64,000 nucleotides of DNA from Phaeosaccion multiseriatum (GCA_965112735.1 OZ218951.1:682001-746000); one strand, 5' to 3'; numbered from the stretch's first letter, positions 22,998 through 37,043 are shown. The notes: generated from the letters alone by a model not told the origin. Translations and numbers: made by a program.

Positions 22998-25189
22998 ATG
23001 ACCCTGGAGAGGGAAAGGAGCGCTGGAGAGGGCGACCAAGGATTTGGCTGGGAGGAGGTAGGCTTGCCGCCCCCGGCCAGCCTGTCGAACTGCCTGCGCC
23101 AAGCCTTCCCGGGAGTGGTGAGCCTCGCGACGGAGAATGGCACGATTGAGCTCTACTCGATCGACAACGACGTCGCTGGCCTTGATGGTGATGGCGAGGC
23201 AGGAGCTCCCGAAGGCAGCTTTGACTTCTCCTGCGGCAAGCATAGGCCGTGTCGCCTGCCACCTGTTGTTGATGCTGTAGCTCCGCCGGCGCACCTCGCC
23301 ACTCTTGTCATTTCGGCTGTGGATGGCGATCAGGCGCAGGGATGGCAGCGTGGAGAGGTAGCGGGGGCTCGCAAGCTGCAGCAGCGTCAGGATATGTTTG
23401 AGCCAAGTCATCAGAGGTCGAGGCAGGGACAAAAGCAGAGCTTTAGAGAGAGGCGGCAGGAGGAGAAGCAGAGGAGGCGGCAGGCGTCACGCATTTGCCC
23501 GCAAGAGTACCTGCCTGTTGATCATGCTTGGGACCGCCAGGGGACATGCTTGGGTGTTCTTCACCGCAGGAGCTTCAGCCTTTACCAAATGACTCACCGC
23601 AAAAGCTCAGTCGCAGCAGAAGCAGCAGCAGTGTCTGGGAATGGCCGAAAGGGGGGCATAGCAGCGCCTAGTGGCTGTGACGGTAGCTGTGCCAGCAGCA
23701 AGCTCAGGTGCGGGGCAGGAACCCAGGCCACAGGCCGCCACACCAGACGCGGGAGATGCGTAGTCTCGCTGCCTGTCCCCCTGCCCACTCCCTACCAGTC
23801 GCGCTTTCCCCGGGGTGGCGGAGCTGCGGCTGCTGTTCCTGCTGTGTTTGGTAGTGAGGCGAAGGCCATCGCCCTCACATCGTCGCCGCTTGGTACCACA
23901 GCAGGAGCCAGTCGGAGGGAGGGGATGGTGGTGGTCGGCACGATGAATGGAGCAGAGCTGTACTCCTTCACGCTGGGACCTCTCAAGCAGAACCCGGAGG
24001 AGGGAGCGGGGGAGGGAGGCTCGACTATCACTGCTCACCGTGTGCCCTTCTCCTCGGTGGATAGCGCCAGCAGCTCGCACGGCATGGGCATGTCTCACCA
24101 GGGAAGGAGGGGGCGGGGCACAAACATCGGCGACAGCTACTACAGCGCAACTGTCACTCGTCTGCGCGCAATCGTGCTGCGCACATATTCCATTGCCACG
24201 CTCGACTTCTCCCAGAGTGGGCATCTGCTTTGCGCCGTGACCATGTGCGGGCACTTGGGGATGTGGAGCACTCGCAGCGACGACCACCTTGGCAGCGGAA
24301 CGGTCGGCGACCGGACCGAGAATAGTGCTAGCAAGACCCCGGATAGTGCTCATGTCGGTGCCAATGTGAGCGTACCTTCTACTTCGGATGCTCCTGCTCC
24401 TTCGGTTTGGGGTCTCGCCCAATCTATCTGGCAGTACACGGTAAGGTCGAGGCACAGTGGTGGTTTATGGCGCCCCATTACACCCGATTTTGATACCGCT
24501 GCTCTTCCCCCCCCCCCCCCAACGCGCGCACCCACATGCTGCAGCTGGCGTCGGCGACGACGCGTGCCACCTCCCTGCGCTTTTCTCCTTGCGACTCCAT
24601 GATGGCCGTCGGCTGTTGGGACGGACAGGTGCTCATATTTCGCCAGCAAAGGCAAAGGCCGCCATCTGGAGGAGGACGTGAAGAGACACCTCCGCCGCCA
24701 ACAGCAGCAGCGACAGCAGCAGCAGCGACAGCAGCAGCAGCGACAGCAGCAGACATATCAGTGGTCGTGGACAGGAGCGAAGGCTACGGCGACAGCCGTG
24801 GCGGTGCAGCAATGTGGGGTTGGAAGCCGGAGCCCCTTGCTCTGACACAGGACTGCCGCACCTCGGCGGGTGAGCTGGAGGGGACCAGCGGCACCTTTGT
24901 TGGCTGGTGGTCTCTGTCCGACAAGCACGAGCTTGAGTGTAGTCCCGCCGCGGAAACAACCAAGGCGAACGGAGGGGAAGGGCCTGTAGGACCAATGCTG
25001 CTCTTCACACAGCATCACAGCAGCGGGGACGGAGGGGGGCGACCACAGGAGTTGGCGAATGCACTCGTCGCGAGGGTGATGGTGTACGATGCGCGAAACG
25101 GTGTCTGCGTTGGAGCCATTCCGGCGGGGGGGGGGAGGGGTGCAGGGACAGGCCTATCTTCTGACGAGCGGGAAGGATCAGAAGAAGAA

Positions 25190-25263
<74 letters not shown>

Positions 25264-25457
25264 CGAAGGGGGAGGAGAGCACAACCCTCCTCCCCCGAAA
25301 TGCCCCCACGCTCTGTTTCCGATGCCTGCGTCATCTCCGGCTTCGTCCTTCCCTGCGGAGGCGCTGTTTGGCCTCTGCCTCACCCCCGGCGGGCGTGTGG
25401 TGTCGTACAGCGACAGGGGCCGCCTCTTCACCTCGACTTTTCTACGCCGCTCCTTCG

Positions 25458-25506
<49 letters not shown>

Positions 25507-27583
25507 GAGTACTGCTCTTTGTCCTTGTGCTTCTTCCTGCAGAGAGGGAGGCGGAGGCGGAGTCGGAGGCCTCGGGGGGGGCAGGAGGGGGGACATACCG
25601 AGTGATTGGGGAGGAGGCCGCGACCGTGCGCACCCTTCCGGGAAGCCTGCGGGGAATGAAGAAGGAGATGATGGCGATGGGAGAGGGGGGCAGGAAGAGG
25701 AGCTTCTGGTCGCTTCTCGGCACGGTGCGCTGTACCGCGTCTCTGGAGGGGAGAGGTGTGCTGTATCACCAACTGCTACGGCTGCCAGAGCGGCGAATGG
25801 CCCTTCAGAGCCTCTGCTTCTGCGGATAGTGTGGCCGGTTGAGGCGGTTGCCGCTGCGAAGATGGACGCAACAGCAGCGGTTGGTGATACAGCTGCGCCC
25901 AGTGTGCTCGAGTATGGGGCCGGGTGCCACACAGAAGACGCAGGGAGTAAGCGTGAAACCTCCGAGCTAGGCAGGGGTGGGGAAGAGGAAGAGATGTCGG
26001 AGGTGAATGGCGCGGCCGATGCTGTGATGAAGGGAATTACCTGCGAGACGGAGCCGGGAGAGCAGCTGTCGCTCTCAGTCCCTTTCTTGCCGGCGGATGT
26101 GTCGCTCCTTTCAGCCTGCTTGCACCGGCAGGGTAGGCTGGTTGGGCTGCTGGTGCTGCCCAAGCTGATGTACATGCTGGTCGGTATGTCTGGGTCTTGG
26201 AAGCCCCTTAGCCTTCCTGAAGCGTCCATGTGCGTCTCTTTCCTCGTGCCCGGTCCCCTACAACAGCAGCGAGAGCCGGAGAGGGAGGGGGGGGATGACG
26301 GAGACGAAGCTGAAGACCAATGCCATAATCCTCAGCAGCAGCAGCAGCAATCCGAACTCTCTCCTACCGCCTTGGTGCTCTCTGTGTCGAAGCGTGGGTG
26401 CGTGACGGTGTCTGAGGTTGTTCCTGACGCGAAAGGGTGCTTGAAAGCGATGCGGAGGGGCCAGAGTGCTCTGCCGGGTTGGACATCGGCCGATGCTACT
26501 GCGGTGGGAGGAGCAGCAGCAGAAGCAGCAGGGGTTGGTGATACAGGCCCAGCGGCATCGGGGGCAAGAGGAAGGGGGAGCAGAAATGGTCTTCGGGTCT
26601 TCTGCACTACCCAGCGCGTTGCTTCTGTGGATCAACCCCAAGGCGACGCATCTGTTCTCATTGGCGTCGACGTTTCGGAAGAAGTGGCCGCAGGTGCAGC
26701 ACAAGAAGGGACAGCGGAGGGAGGCGAAGCAGAGCGTGCAACAAGGAAGGGGGGTGGCTTGACGGGCAGCAGCCACATCTTCAGCCTGGCAGTGGTGGTC
26801 ACCCCCACAGAGTCCACGTCTGAGCTACTCCGGCTGTGGTCAGTGGACGTGAGGGTGGACCTGAGGAGCGACGAGCGACGCGCACAAGCAGGAAGCATAC
26901 CGGCAACAGTTTCGATAGCATCGACATCGATGGGGGGCCCGGTGACACTCCGTTGGCCCACTGTGCACCTTCGGCCGTTGGCCCACTCCACAGAGAGGCG
27001 GAGGAGCAAGAGGAGGGCGGGGCGGCGTACAGGGGCCAGTGGCGGTGATCGGCCTGAGGAGAGGGCCGAGGGGGGGCGGGAGCGAGTACTCGTGCGTGAT
27101 CACGTGCGTGGAACGGACGACAGCCAGGAGCAAGCCAAGGGTGGGCCCCCTTCGAGATTAAGTAAGAATAGATATGGGCATGGGTGTGGGTGTGGGTGTG
27201 GGTGTGGGCATGGGCACACTCTCGCCACTCGGCCTCAACTGGAGGACGTGGTCGAGGGAGTGCTGGTCTTTCGGTGCTGTCGCTGCTGCCGTCCGAGCCC
27301 CGGCTCCAACCCCGGCAGCAGCAAGGCTAAGGCTCGTGAAGGGAGGGGGTGGATGCTTTGGTGGTTGGTATTGCTCGACGAAGTGGGGCGGTGGGGGGGC
27401 TGTATGGGGGATGAAGAGGAGGATGAGGAGGAGGAGGAGCGCAGGAGTCAGAGGAGACCGCAGACCGGAGGGCTTTGGAAGCCCTTCTGGACGTCGTCGA
27501 ACCTGACTGCGTCTCAAGTGATGCAGCAGGCGCAGGAGGCACAGCAGGCAACAGCTGGCGCCAACGACAGTGTAATTCGTTAA
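22998..27583 (+). CDS. Large low-complexity protein with WD40-like repeats
   Basis: Two long ORFs joined in frame by a GT-AG intron at 24441-24544. WD-like segments IATLDFSQSGHLLCAVTMCGHLGMW and ATSLRFSPCDSMMAVGCWDGQVLIF. Poly-D and poly-S tracts. Confidence 0.65.
25191..25262 (+). repeat. Coding (GAT)n, poly-Asp
   Basis: Seen directly; a (TCA)n poly-Ser tract follows at ~25460-25506. Confidence 0.95.
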
Positions 27584-28033
27584 GGCAACTTTTTTTGTCC
27601 AGTTATCCAGTTATGCCGCCAACCCCCGAGTATTGAAGTTTGCACTTGTCGTAATACACCGCGGGGGGCATCTTTACTCTGTGCAGGGCTGTGATGAGCT
27701 TGCGAGGAGTGGATGTGGGGGTGTGGGGGTGTGTGCATTGATCATGGTGCTCAAGTCGTCGACAAGCGCAGCCGAGTGGAAGGGTGCCATTGCTCACGGG
27801 GAAGAAAAGATACAGATGTCCAACACGCGCACCTGTATCATGTGTACGGAGGTACGAAGTACGAGTTTCACCGAATGTTTTTTTTTTATCCTCCTTCACA
27901 ACTCCTTCATTGCCGAGAAAAGGAGAGGACAGGGCCGTACAGAGTGGAGCTGGGAGTACGGCAGGGCAAGCAGGTGTCCCCTGCAAGAGGGAAGAGGGAG
28001 CGGGAGAGGACTAGAAGCAGGACCGCAGGTAGC

Positions 28034-31000
28034 ATGAGTGCTCCTCGCCTGGTGAGCCTTGTGCTCTTCACGTGCGCTACATGCAGAGCGGCAGAGGTCC
28101 CGCTCCCCTCAGCTGCTTGCGATGATGGCTTCACAAGTGAGTAAAGGGAGGAGGAAGGATGAAGGACCTTGCACAGTGATTCACCGGCCGGAGGTTGAAT
28201 TCATGCGGTCCAGGACGCTTGCGCACACAGAGCTCTGATACCTTTTCCCACCGTCCCAATCACCCATACGACAGCATCCTACGACGCTGACACGGACATT
28301 ACTACTTGGACCGCCTCATCGTCCCTCACGTGCGGTAGCGGCGACAGTCAGCCCGTGTCCGTCACCGACGAGGGCCAAGTCCTCATTGTAAGGGAAAGAA
28401 GGGAGACATAGACACGCTAACGGAAGGGGGCTTGTCCTCCCCTCGTGCAAATTGTTCCTCCATCGCTGACGCTCCACCTCTCCCTCCTCCTCCCCCCCGC
28501 GCCCCTCCCCAACCAAACCCCACCACAGATTGACGTTGGCGCCTATGATGTTATCTTCGACGGCGTCTCCCTTACAGTCGGCAGCTACGCGACAAGCTCC
28601 TGCTCCGGGGGGGCTTCCTTGGACATTACTGGGGATGCGGATGCTGGGTCGGTCACCTTCAACGGCCCTGGAAGCGGAACAGCATTGGCACTCAACGGCA
28701 ACGGCGCCAGTGGCGACATCGGTGTCCCGGCCTTCTTCAACGACTGGGTGAGCTTCTTTAGGGCTTTATATTGTGCCACAAGACAAAACCATCTGTCTGC
28801 CTGTCTGTCTACCCATATGCCTGCTCATTGGTTTCTGTGCACCCTCTTCTCTCTCTCTGCAGACTAACGGAGCCAGTGCGCAGGCGGCCTCTTCATGCTC
28901 CACCAAGCTCACCTTCACGTCCGATGCCATCTTCACCGGCATCACGGGCACAGGGCTGTTCGCTTTTGAAAGTGAGCAGAGAGGAGGAGTGGGCAATATG
29001 CATGTCTGTCTCGTCGCTCACGTTCGACCTGTGCTCCCAACCTCTCCACCCCCTGCCGCCGTTTCACGTGGTGCCCCTCAGCTACCTGGGAAGTGCAAGG
29101 CCGAGCTGCCTTCTACGACATCAGCGGCCGACCGGCCAATCAGATGGGGACCGGGCAGCAGTCCGAGTTTGGAACATGCGTGGAGCTGGGCCCTGGCGTA
29201 AGTCTGCAATTGAGCTCTCGGGAATCACCCTCAGTCTTCTCGACTCGAGGCCTTCCCTACTCCTTTGGCCGCTGTAACACCAACGGCTACGGCTGCTCAT
29301 CCCAAGCCTGTCTGCCTGCCCATACTGCCGTACCCCCCCGCCGGCCTTGTCATGTTGGACTGGACTGCAGGTTCCTGAGCCGGAATCCACGGAGAACTAC
29401 CCCAACCCCATCCTACCCTACGACCTGTGCACAGACGCCATCTACGGCCCTGGGAGTGCATACAGCGGGGTGGAGCTTCCCAGCGACTGCGATGGACTGA
29501 CAAGTGAGTGCAGGCACGAGGCTTACACAAGAGAGGAGGGAGCAGGGGGCGCTGTTAGGCTGCTGTGGGGAGCGGGGGGAGGGGCCGGGTTACGGTTACG
29601 GTTTCCTTTCGCTCTCTTCCTCTTACATGTACGGCCTCGCTGCACCGCTGCCGCTGCTGTTTCGCCACCTTACTGACTCTCCCCCCCAAGTGGGTCCTTC
29701 CTTCCTTCCTTCCTTCCTTCCTTCCTTCCTTCCTTCCATTCCTTGCTGACCCACCACACGTGGTGCCTGATACGAAGCTTTCGCCCTCTACTCCACATCC
29801 ACTGCACTGTGCCGCAGAGACGTTTGATGCCGATACAGACATGACCACCTGGACGGCTTCCTCCTCCCTCACGTGCGGTAACGGCGACAGTCAGCCCGTC
29901 TCCGTCACGGAAGAGGGCCAAGGCCTCATTGTAAGAAGACCTCGTGCTCCCATCGCTGACGCTCACACACACACACGCATGTTTCTCTTCCCGTGCTCCT
30001 ACTCCCCACCTCACATACATGTACACTTGCCTCCCTCCCTTCCCGCTTCCCCATCCTCAACCACAACCACAACCACAGATCGACGTTGGGGCCTACGATG
30101 TCATCTTCGACGGTGTATCCCTGTCTGTCGGGAGCTTCACCTCCTTCTCCTGCTCACACAGCTCCCTCGACATCACCGGAGACGCCGACTCGGGCTCCGT
30201 CACCTTCCAGGGCTCCGGCAGCGGAACAGCCCTGTCTCTCAGTGGGAACGGCGCCAACGCAGATGTTGAGGTCCCGGCCTTCTTCGATGGCTGGGTGAGT
30301 AGGGAGGCTTTGTTGCCTCGAGCCAACCCGACCCCAGGGCCCGTCAGCTCTACTGTCCCCGTTCCTTTGGGGTGCTGCTGCTGCGCTGCAAGTTGAAACG
30401 CCGATTCTTGAAGTGGCATACGACCCCTTCCCTTCCGTCGCCTCTGTGTCTGTTCCTTTTGCGCCTCTCCTTTCTCTCTCTCGTCTTTCTCTCGCTCTCT
30501 TGTTCCTCCCTCTCTCTCTCATCTTTGCCTCTATCTCTCTCTCTCTCTGTGTGTGTGTCCTGAAGGGCTCTGGAGCACGAGTCAGCGCTTCCTCGGGTTG
30601 CTCCAAACTCACCTTCCTATCAGACGCCGTCTTCACCAACATGGCCGACATCGGACTCTATGCCTTCGAAGGTGAGTGTAGAGAGTCGCGGCCCACGCTG
30701 TGGGTGCGTGGGCGCTTCTCGTCTCTTGCTTCCTTTCCCAGCGTATGTACGCGTATACAGCACTAGTTTAATCTTTCCCGCTTCTTTTCCATCTCTCTCC
30801 CGCTCGCTCTCTCTCCCTGCCTCCCTCCCGCTATTGTCTACCTCTTTCCTCTCCATATCTCTCGCTTTCGACCTCCCTTTCATGGGCCTTGTTTCTCTCT
30901 TCTCTCTCTCTGTCTGCCTCCCTCCCTCTCTCCTCCATCTCTATCTCCCTCCCTCCCTTTCTGATCCATCTCTCCCTCCCTCCTTCCGTCTCTTCTCCGT

Positions 31001-31064
31001 CTCTCTCGCTCTCTACCTCCCACTTCATGGGCCTTTTCTCTCTCTTTCCTTTCCTCTCTTCTCC

Positions 31065-31099
<35 letters not shown>

Positions 31100-31378
31100 C
31101 CTCCTTCGCATTCCCTCCTTCGCATTCCCTCCTCTCCCTCGTCTCCCTCCGCCAGGCACCTGGGAAGTCCAGGGTCGCGCTGCCTTCCACGACTCCGCTG
31201 ATTCGGCCACCCAAATCGGCACTGGGCAGCAGTCCGAATTCGGATCATGCGTGGAGGTCGGCCCCGATGTAAGTCTACACATGTAGGGGCAGCACAGTGG
31301 ACTTTCATCGTTGTAACCGTTGCTAGTGGACTTTGCTCTGGTCTTGCCCTTTGGAACAAGGCAGCCCCACCCTCTCTG

Positions 31379-31409
<31 letters not shown>

Positions 31410-31446
31410 CTCACAAAACTCCCTCACTGCCTCTCCCGTCTATATA

Positions 31447-31481
<35 letters not shown>

Positions 31482-32073
31482 CCACCCTCTGCAGGTTCCC
31501 TTCCCGGCCTCTACGGCCAACTACCCTAACCCCATCCTTCCCTACGAGCTGTGCACGGATGCCATCTACGGAGACTCCGTTCGATATGCCGGGGTAGCGC
31601 TTCCCAGTGACTGCGACGGGATGACTCGTGAGTGTGTGATGCTTGTGATGGTTCCTCGGTGGGGAGGCAGGCAGGAGGGGCTGGGAGGCTGCTGAAGGGA
31701 GAGCCGCTCTTCTTCTCGACGCACGGAGTCGCTGCTTCAATGTGCACCACAGTGGTCGCTTCGACTCCCTCTCTCTCTATTTCTAGGCTCGGTCTATCTC
31801 TCCATTGCTTTCTCTCTCACTCTTCCTTGTCTCCCTTCCATTACTGGCTTGTCGGCTTTCCGTCTTCCTTTGCACGCACCACACATGCCTGATGATGATG
31901 ATGATGATCTGAACCACTCACCCTCTTTTGCATACCCCTCCTCCTCCTCCTCCTCCTCCTCCTCCTCCTCCTCCTCCTCCTCCTCCTCCTCCTCCTCCTC
32001 CTCCTCCTCCTCCTCCTCCTCCTCCTCCTCCTCCTCCTCCTCCTCCTCCTCCTCCTCCTCCTCCTGCTCCTCC

Positions 32074-32105
<32 letters not shown>

Positions 32106-34052
32106 CTCCTCCTCCTCCTCCTCCTCCTTCTCCTCCTCCTCCTCCCTCCTCATCCTCCTCCTCCCTCCTCCTCCTCCTCCTCCTCCTCCTCCTCCTCCTC
32201 CTCCTCCTCGTCCTCCTCCTCCTCATCCTCCTCCTCCTCCTCCTCCTCGTCCACGTCCTCGTCCTCGTCCTCCTCCTTCCACAGAGACGTACGATGCCGA
32301 CACGATGACCACAAGGTGGACTGCTTCCTCATCCCTCACGTGCGGCAACGGCGACAGTCAATCCGTATCCGTCACGGAAGCGGATGAAACCCTGATTGTA
32401 AGAATGAAACACGCATGTATGGCACTCTCACACCCTCACACACAAACACACCGCCCTTGTTTTATTGTGCCCTCCCTCCATAAGCCATGTTGCCTCCTCT
32501 CTCCACCTCCACCCATTGCCTCTGCTCTCTCGAACACACAGTCCAACAAGGCCAGACCAGCGGCGAAGCGAGTGGTGCCCTGAAACTGTCTGTCTGTCTG
32601 TCTGCCTGTCTGTCTGTCGGCCTCCCCCAACTGCTCTCTCTCTTTCTCCCTCCCTCTCTCTCTCTCTGTCTCTGTCTTATTTCTCTCTCTACCTCTCTCT
32701 CTCTGCCACAGATCGACATCTTGGTCTACGATGTGGTGTTCGACGGCGTGTCCTTTTCCTTCGGGTCCGACTTTGGCTGCAACGGAGCGAGCGGAGGCAC
32801 CACTCTGTCCGTGGTGGGGGACTTCTTCGGAAGCTCCATCACGTTCCAGGGCTCCGGAACCGGAACAGCCCTCGCACTCAACGGCAACGGACCATCTGCT
32901 ACCTTCCAAGTGCCGGCCTTCTTCCGAGACTGGGTGAGTGAGTGTGGATGTGTGGATGTGTGGATGTGTGGGAGGCGGGTCATCACGGGCAATCTTGACG
33001 TACATTTGGCTTCTTTCCAGTCTCCGATGGCCTGTGCTTGTGGGGTGAGTGTTATGCCGCTCACTCACGACACACACGCTGGTGCACTCTCTCTCTCCCT
33101 CCCCTCTCCCCCTCCGTCTCTCTCTCTCCCTCTCTCCCTCTCTCCCTCTCTCTCACTTTCTTCCCTTTGTCTGTCTCATCCCACAGGCCAACGGTGCGAG
33201 AGTCACAGCGCAGTCAGGATGCTCCTCGCTACTTCTCAACTCTGAGGCTGTCTTCATCGGCATCACGGACACCGGGCTCTACGCTTTCGAGGGTGAGGAG
33301 GGAGGAGGAGGAAGAGGAGGAGGGGGAGGAGGAGGAGGAGGAGGAGGAGGAGGAGGAGGAGGAGGAGGAGGAGGAGGAGGAGGAAGCGGAGGAGGGGGAA
33401 GACGCGGGGAAGGGAAAAGGAGAGGGAGGAGGAGGAAGAAAGGGAGACGAGGGCAGGAGGGCAGGGATCCCGATGGCAGGCGTGTCGTTGCCGTTCTGTG
33501 TTTGTTGGAGACTTGCGGTTGACTCCATCTGCCTTTTGCCCTGCCTGTGGGGCTGTTGTTTGCTCATTGGTCCCATTGCTCAGGCACGTGGACGGTGGGT
33601 GGTCGAGCTGCCTTCTACGACATCGGCAGCCGGTCTGCCACTCAGCTCGGCACGGGGCAGCAGTCAGAGTTCCGATCCTGTGTGGAGCTCGGGCCCGATG
33701 TGAGTCTCTCTCTCTCTCCCTCTCGCTCTCCCCCTCTCTCTCTATCTCCCTCTCGCTCTCCCTTCTCTCTCTCTCGCATTGAGCGTGCGCTGACAAGAAG
33801 CAGGTTTCAGTTTTGAGTTTATGTGACCTTATCAATATCGAACACCATAAATGGGATTGATATCGATATCGAAGCTTCTGTGCTTACTACAAAGGAGCAG
33901 GGTCTATAGACTCAGGAGGATCTAACCGTGCCCTATCTTCCACTGACAAGAAGCAGTGCGCCTGGGGATAAGTCAGTGAAGACTTGCTCTGCTGGTGCGA
34001 CCTCTCCTGCCTGTCTCTCCTATGCTGTCCATCTGACCCCCACCCCCACGTC

Positions 34053-34084
<32 letters not shown>

Positions 34085-35883
34085 CCCTCTCTATTTTGCA
34101 AAGGTCCCTCTCCCGGCATCGACCGAGAACTACCCTGACCCCATACTCCCCTTTGAGCTCTGCACCGATGCCCTGTACGCACAGGCCACCATTTCTCCAA
34201 CGAGCACTCCTACCGGAGCGCCGACCGCAGCCGCACCCACCCCGACGCCTACTGCTTCTCCTACAGGTGGGCCGGTGGCCCTGACAGCCTCTCCCACATC
34301 GTCACCTTCATCGTCCACCGGTTCGCCTTCTCCTCCTCCATCGCCTACCTTGAGCCCTACTGAAGCATCCTCTCCACCACCCACACCCACACCCACACCC
34401 ACACCCACGTTCACTCCTACTCCCCTTCCCACCATCGACTCGCCCACAGCTCAACCATCATCTACAACAGATGTCCCTTCCTCTTCGCCACCCACCTCCG
34501 CTCCAGCACCTTCTCCTAGCATCGCACCAACACCTGCCACCCTCACCCCTACTCCACCCCCTACCCTTGCTCCTACATTACCTCCGACGGTGCCCGATAC
34601 GGACTCCACCGCTGCACCATTAGCAACAGGAGAGGTGAGGAGCGGACCTCGCGCCCGTCTGTGTTTGGGCTCTTCCTTTTGTCCTTTTTCATCTTTCCCT
34701 TTTTGTCTCTTTTATATCTCGCCCTCATAGCCGCGGGTTTCCGCCGCTTGCTTTTCATGTGCTCATCCATCGATGGCGAGTCTAGAGGGAGGGAGGGACG
34801 GAGGAAGAGAGAGAGCCCGCCCGATCTGATCCTCTCTTCATGTCTGCGTGTATGCATTCGCCCCGTAGCTCGCGCTGACACCGCCTCCCCCTGCCCTGCT
34901 CCTTTTGCTCCTTGCTTCCTCTGCAGACCCTCTCTCCCACAGGCACCACGCCAACAAACCCGACCGACTCGTCAGACTCATCAGACTCGACAGACCCGAC
35001 AGACACCGCTAGCCCTACATCCCCGACGGACCCAACCACAGGCACAGGCACAGGCACAGCGACGACGCCAACAGACCCGACAGACTCGACAGATCCTACA
35101 GACACCACAGACCCAACAGATACAGACACGACCGACTCAACGGACCCGACAGGTGCAACGACAGCGCCAACGAACCCGACCGACTCAACGGACCCGACAG
35201 GCACAACGACAACGCCAACAGACCCGACCGACTCGACAGACCCGACCGACTCAACGGACCCGACAGACCCAACCGACACGGCAACAGACTCTACAGACGC
35301 AACAGGCACGACGCCAACAGACCCAACGGACTCAACGGACCCAACAGATCCAACAGACCCGACGGACTCGTCAGACCCGATAGACACAGCAACAGACTCA
35401 ACAACAGACTCAGCCACAGGCACAACGACAACGCCAACAGACCCTACAGACTCTACAGACTCTACAGACCCAACGACAACGCCGTCCCCCGCCTCTGCAG
35501 ACGGATCCCCGACAGCGGCGCCAACGACGGCCACCGACGAGGAAGGTACCGGCGATGGAGACAGCGGAGACAGCGGAGGCAGTGGAGGCAGTGGAGACAG
35601 TCCCACTCCTACCCCCACCCCCACCCCCACCCCGAACGGAGGCGGAGATGAAGACGGTGGTGGTGACAGGGATGGGGCGGATGGGGAGGAAGAAGGCGAT
35701 CTCAACGCAGGCGGCGCTGGGGTTTCTGGCTCCTCCTCGTCCTCCTCCAGCCTTTCTGGAGCCCCGCTGGTTGCACTCATTGTGGCCGGCTCCGTGGTCG
35801 GGATCGGAGTCGTGGGTTATGGGGTAGTGAAGGCAAGAGAAGGGATGGCATCCTCATCGCCCGACCCGCGCAGGGTGGTGTGA
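28034..35883 (+). CDS. Type I cell-surface glycoprotein: signal peptide, three tandem ~230-aa Cys-containing beta-rich domains, Pro/Thr/Ser and TDP/DST stalk, TM helix, short tail
   Basis: Signal peptide MSAPRLVSLVLFTCATCRA. The same 5-exon block occurs three times (YDADT..WTASSSLTCG; IDVGAYDVIFDGVS; ..WEVQGRAAFYD..GTGQQSEFGxCVELGP; NYPNPILPYxLCTDA). TM helix LVALIVAGSVVGIGVVGYGVV. Stop TGA at 35881-35883. Confidence 0.85.
31938..32278. repeat. (TCC)n intronic microsatellite
   Basis: Seen directly. Confidence 0.95.
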
Positions 35884-36077
35884 GTGTGAGTGTGAATAGG
35901 TGTGGGTGTGGGCGTGGGTGGTGGGTGTGGGAGAGGGAGAGAAGCGATGAAACGGCAAGGGCCTCACTCCGCAGCACCCTCGGAAGTTCGTGTGAGTGGG
36001 AGTGGGAGTGCGAGGAGGAGGCAATGGATGCAGCATGAGGCAAGAGGGGGAGGAGGAGGATGAAGGGGGGGGGGCGG

Positions 36078-36230
36078 AGGAAGAGGAGGAGGAGGAGGAG
36101 GAGGAGGAGGAGGAGGAGGAGGAGGAGGAGGAGGAGGAGGAGGAGGGGTAGGAGAAGGAGGAGGAGGAGGAGGAGGAGAAGGAGGAGGAGGAGGAGGAGG
36201 AGGAGGAGGAGGAAGAGCAGGAGGAGGAGT
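36078..36230. repeat. (GGA)n microsatellite
   Basis: Seen directly, in the 3' intergenic region. Confidence 0.95.
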
Positions 36231-37043
36231 TCTATTGTTTTGTTTTGGGGATTTGTTTTGATCAGAGAAGGAGGCGCCTTTTGCTTTTGGTCGGCGCACA
36301 GGAGCAAGGGCAGTCAGTCGACTGAGCCTGCAAGCCTGTCTCACTAGAAGGCAGGGTTTATCGACAGTTTTGTACCCAGAGTACGTTGAGAAGACGTATG
36401 CACCTACCCATGCTCACCCAGCAGGACCTTGGTCGGTCGGGGGAGAAGGCATACACCATGGCGAGAAGAGAAAAGGCACTTTCCTTTTGAGTAGTGCAAT
36501 CTCTCTTGAAAGAGAGAAAAGAGATTAAAAATAGAAATACAATTATATATAAAATTAGAAATGATTTGCATCGCCAATCCATTGAAGGCCGCAGTCGGCG
36601 CTGCTACATCTACAACTATACATGTTCACTCATAAAGCCCGTAAGAGTACGTACGATCGGAGCTGGCCGGCCCGCTGGTCTCCGTTTCAGCTTTTCAGTC
36701 GCCCCGACAGCCCCCATCCCACCCCTCCTCCCCCCACGACGAGAGGAGGGGCACCCTTTATGTACAATAGTCACAGAGCAATGTCCAACGCCACCGCTTC
36801 GACAAGAGAGGGGCTGGGAGGGGGTGCCTGGGTCAGGCGTGTATTCACACGCTCCTTTCGTTCTTTCATCCTGTTGCTGCCTCCTGTGTCCTTCAATAAA
36901 ACCGGACTCTCCTCCCTTACGCACAAAGAAGAGAAGCCAACACCACTTTCGCAGCATCAGACTGACTTGACTGAGACAGACTCACAAGAAAGGGTCTCAC
37001 AGGGAGACAACCAACAGGCTCACGGGGAGGCAACCAACAAGGC

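Noticed and set aside
24490-24602. Programmed frameshift at the poly-C run between the two WD40-like ORFs
   Set aside because: A canonical GT-AG intron at 24441-24544 joins the frames.
31794-32583. Poly-P, poly-S, poly-E and poly-G ORFs (formin/extensin-like)
   Set aside because: They come from an intronic (TCC)n tract within the surface-protein gene.
34782-35780. 332-aa antisense ORF
   Set aside because: It is the stop-free shadow of the repetitive TDP-coding exon.
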